Positions 63,076 to 64,000 of a stretch of DNA of 64,000 nt are shown here, piece by piece; position 1 is the first letter of the stretch; each line of letters opens with the position of its first letter. The DNA is taken from NCBI RefSeq assembly GCF_018977255.1, contig NW_024704743.1, positions 34,660,001-34,724,000 of the forward strand, given 5' to 3'. The position numbers were made by a program, and so were the translations under genes. Below the pieces are notes generated by a model. It saw only the letters and a program-made list of their open reading frames with translations. It did no database searches and was not told the DNA's origin. Source of the stretch: Callorhinchus milii. Taxonomy: Eukaryota.

Positions 63076-64000
63076 ATGTGACTCCCATTATAGCCCATGA
63101 TTCCCTATTGAGTATATTTCTGGTCTCGGGGTGAGGGTAAATACCACATGAGTCAGTATTGCTTGTCCTCACTTACCTTCAATGTTAAAATCAATATTGA
63201 CCAGTGATAGAGGACACTATCTACTTGCCCTCTGCTGAGGAATGAAACTTGGCCCAGACAGACTTGAGGAGGAAGAAAATTACATTTCTAAAAGTGACAT
63301 TGAAAATTATCTTGCTACAAGTGTTGTTTAAAACCCCAGAAGAGCTGTGCATCTGAATGAATAAGACAAGTATGTGCAGGAGCATTTTGTTCAGATTTAG
63401 TGTGATAAATAGAAGAAAAGTAATTATTAATAATAATAATATTTGTATTTGATATGATGCCTTATCACGTCATTGAGACATTTCAAAGCGCTTCACCAAA
63501 TATATTGTAAAGTGGATTGACTGTGTATTTTGTGGGCGAATCGCGACAGCAATTTGCACACAGCATAATAATAATTATTTTTTGAGGGGTTATTTCAAAG
63601 CAGCAAACCCAAACAGCACTTCCATGATTTTGATTTTCACCTCTATTCCCCAGTCCTGCTCTATATTGGCTGAGGTTTCAGTCCAAATTTTCTGCTAAAC
63701 ATATACAGCTTGAGTTTGTTTTTAGTTGCCGTCTCATTCAGTTGACTCAATGGCCCAGACTCTCCTTTTGCTTTAAAACCCAAAGCTTTGTCTTGCCCTG
63801 CGTGAGTGAATGAATCACAAACCTCCATTGGTTAGTTAGAGACCTCTCCTAGTACAGAGCGTGACGTGGAAACTCAGCTGAAGTTCAGGAGCATGGTTTT
63901 ATCTACCATCGAGGGAAAATAAATTTTGAGGGAGCATACAGCTTTACAGCCCTGGCATATGTCAGATGCTTTTTGCTCTGAGGATACTGCTCTGGTTCAG

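Noticed and set aside
34220..64000. A second host gene upstream of PXDC1
   Set aside because: No non-transposon ORF resembles a protein I recognise, and I could not build an exon chain. Small or non-coding exons cannot be excluded without RNA data.

Overview
Vertebrate genomic DNA. The repeat content (tRNA-derived SINEs with L2-type tails, Deu-domain SINEs, a shark-type CR1) points to a cartilaginous fish, possibly a holocephalan (inference). The only host gene I can support is PXDC1 on the minus strand: five coding exons (23695-23440, 14083-13992, 11916-11799, 7944-7833, 4903-4789; 256+92+118+112+115 = 693 nt, 230 aa plus stop), all with GT-AG introns and matching phases, and a CpG-rich promoter region around 22.1-24.5 kb. 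The rest is intronic or intergenic and dense in retroelements: one near-full-length decayed CR1 (about 30.15-34.22 kb), at least three L2 families, a young tRNA-Ala-like SINE, Deu-domain SINEs, older AmnSINE2-like and unclassified repeats, small MITE-like elements and tandem repeats. I found no convincing novel protein-coding system. The most interesting observations concern retroelement mechanics (a 3' UTR VNTR, SINE/L2 tail exchange, 5' rearrangements, nesting), an intronic hairpin, a perfect 14-bp array upstream of PXDC1, and a speculative stop-less exon 2-3 circle. Family names come from recalled consensus sequences, not from searches, and repeat boundaries are approximate.
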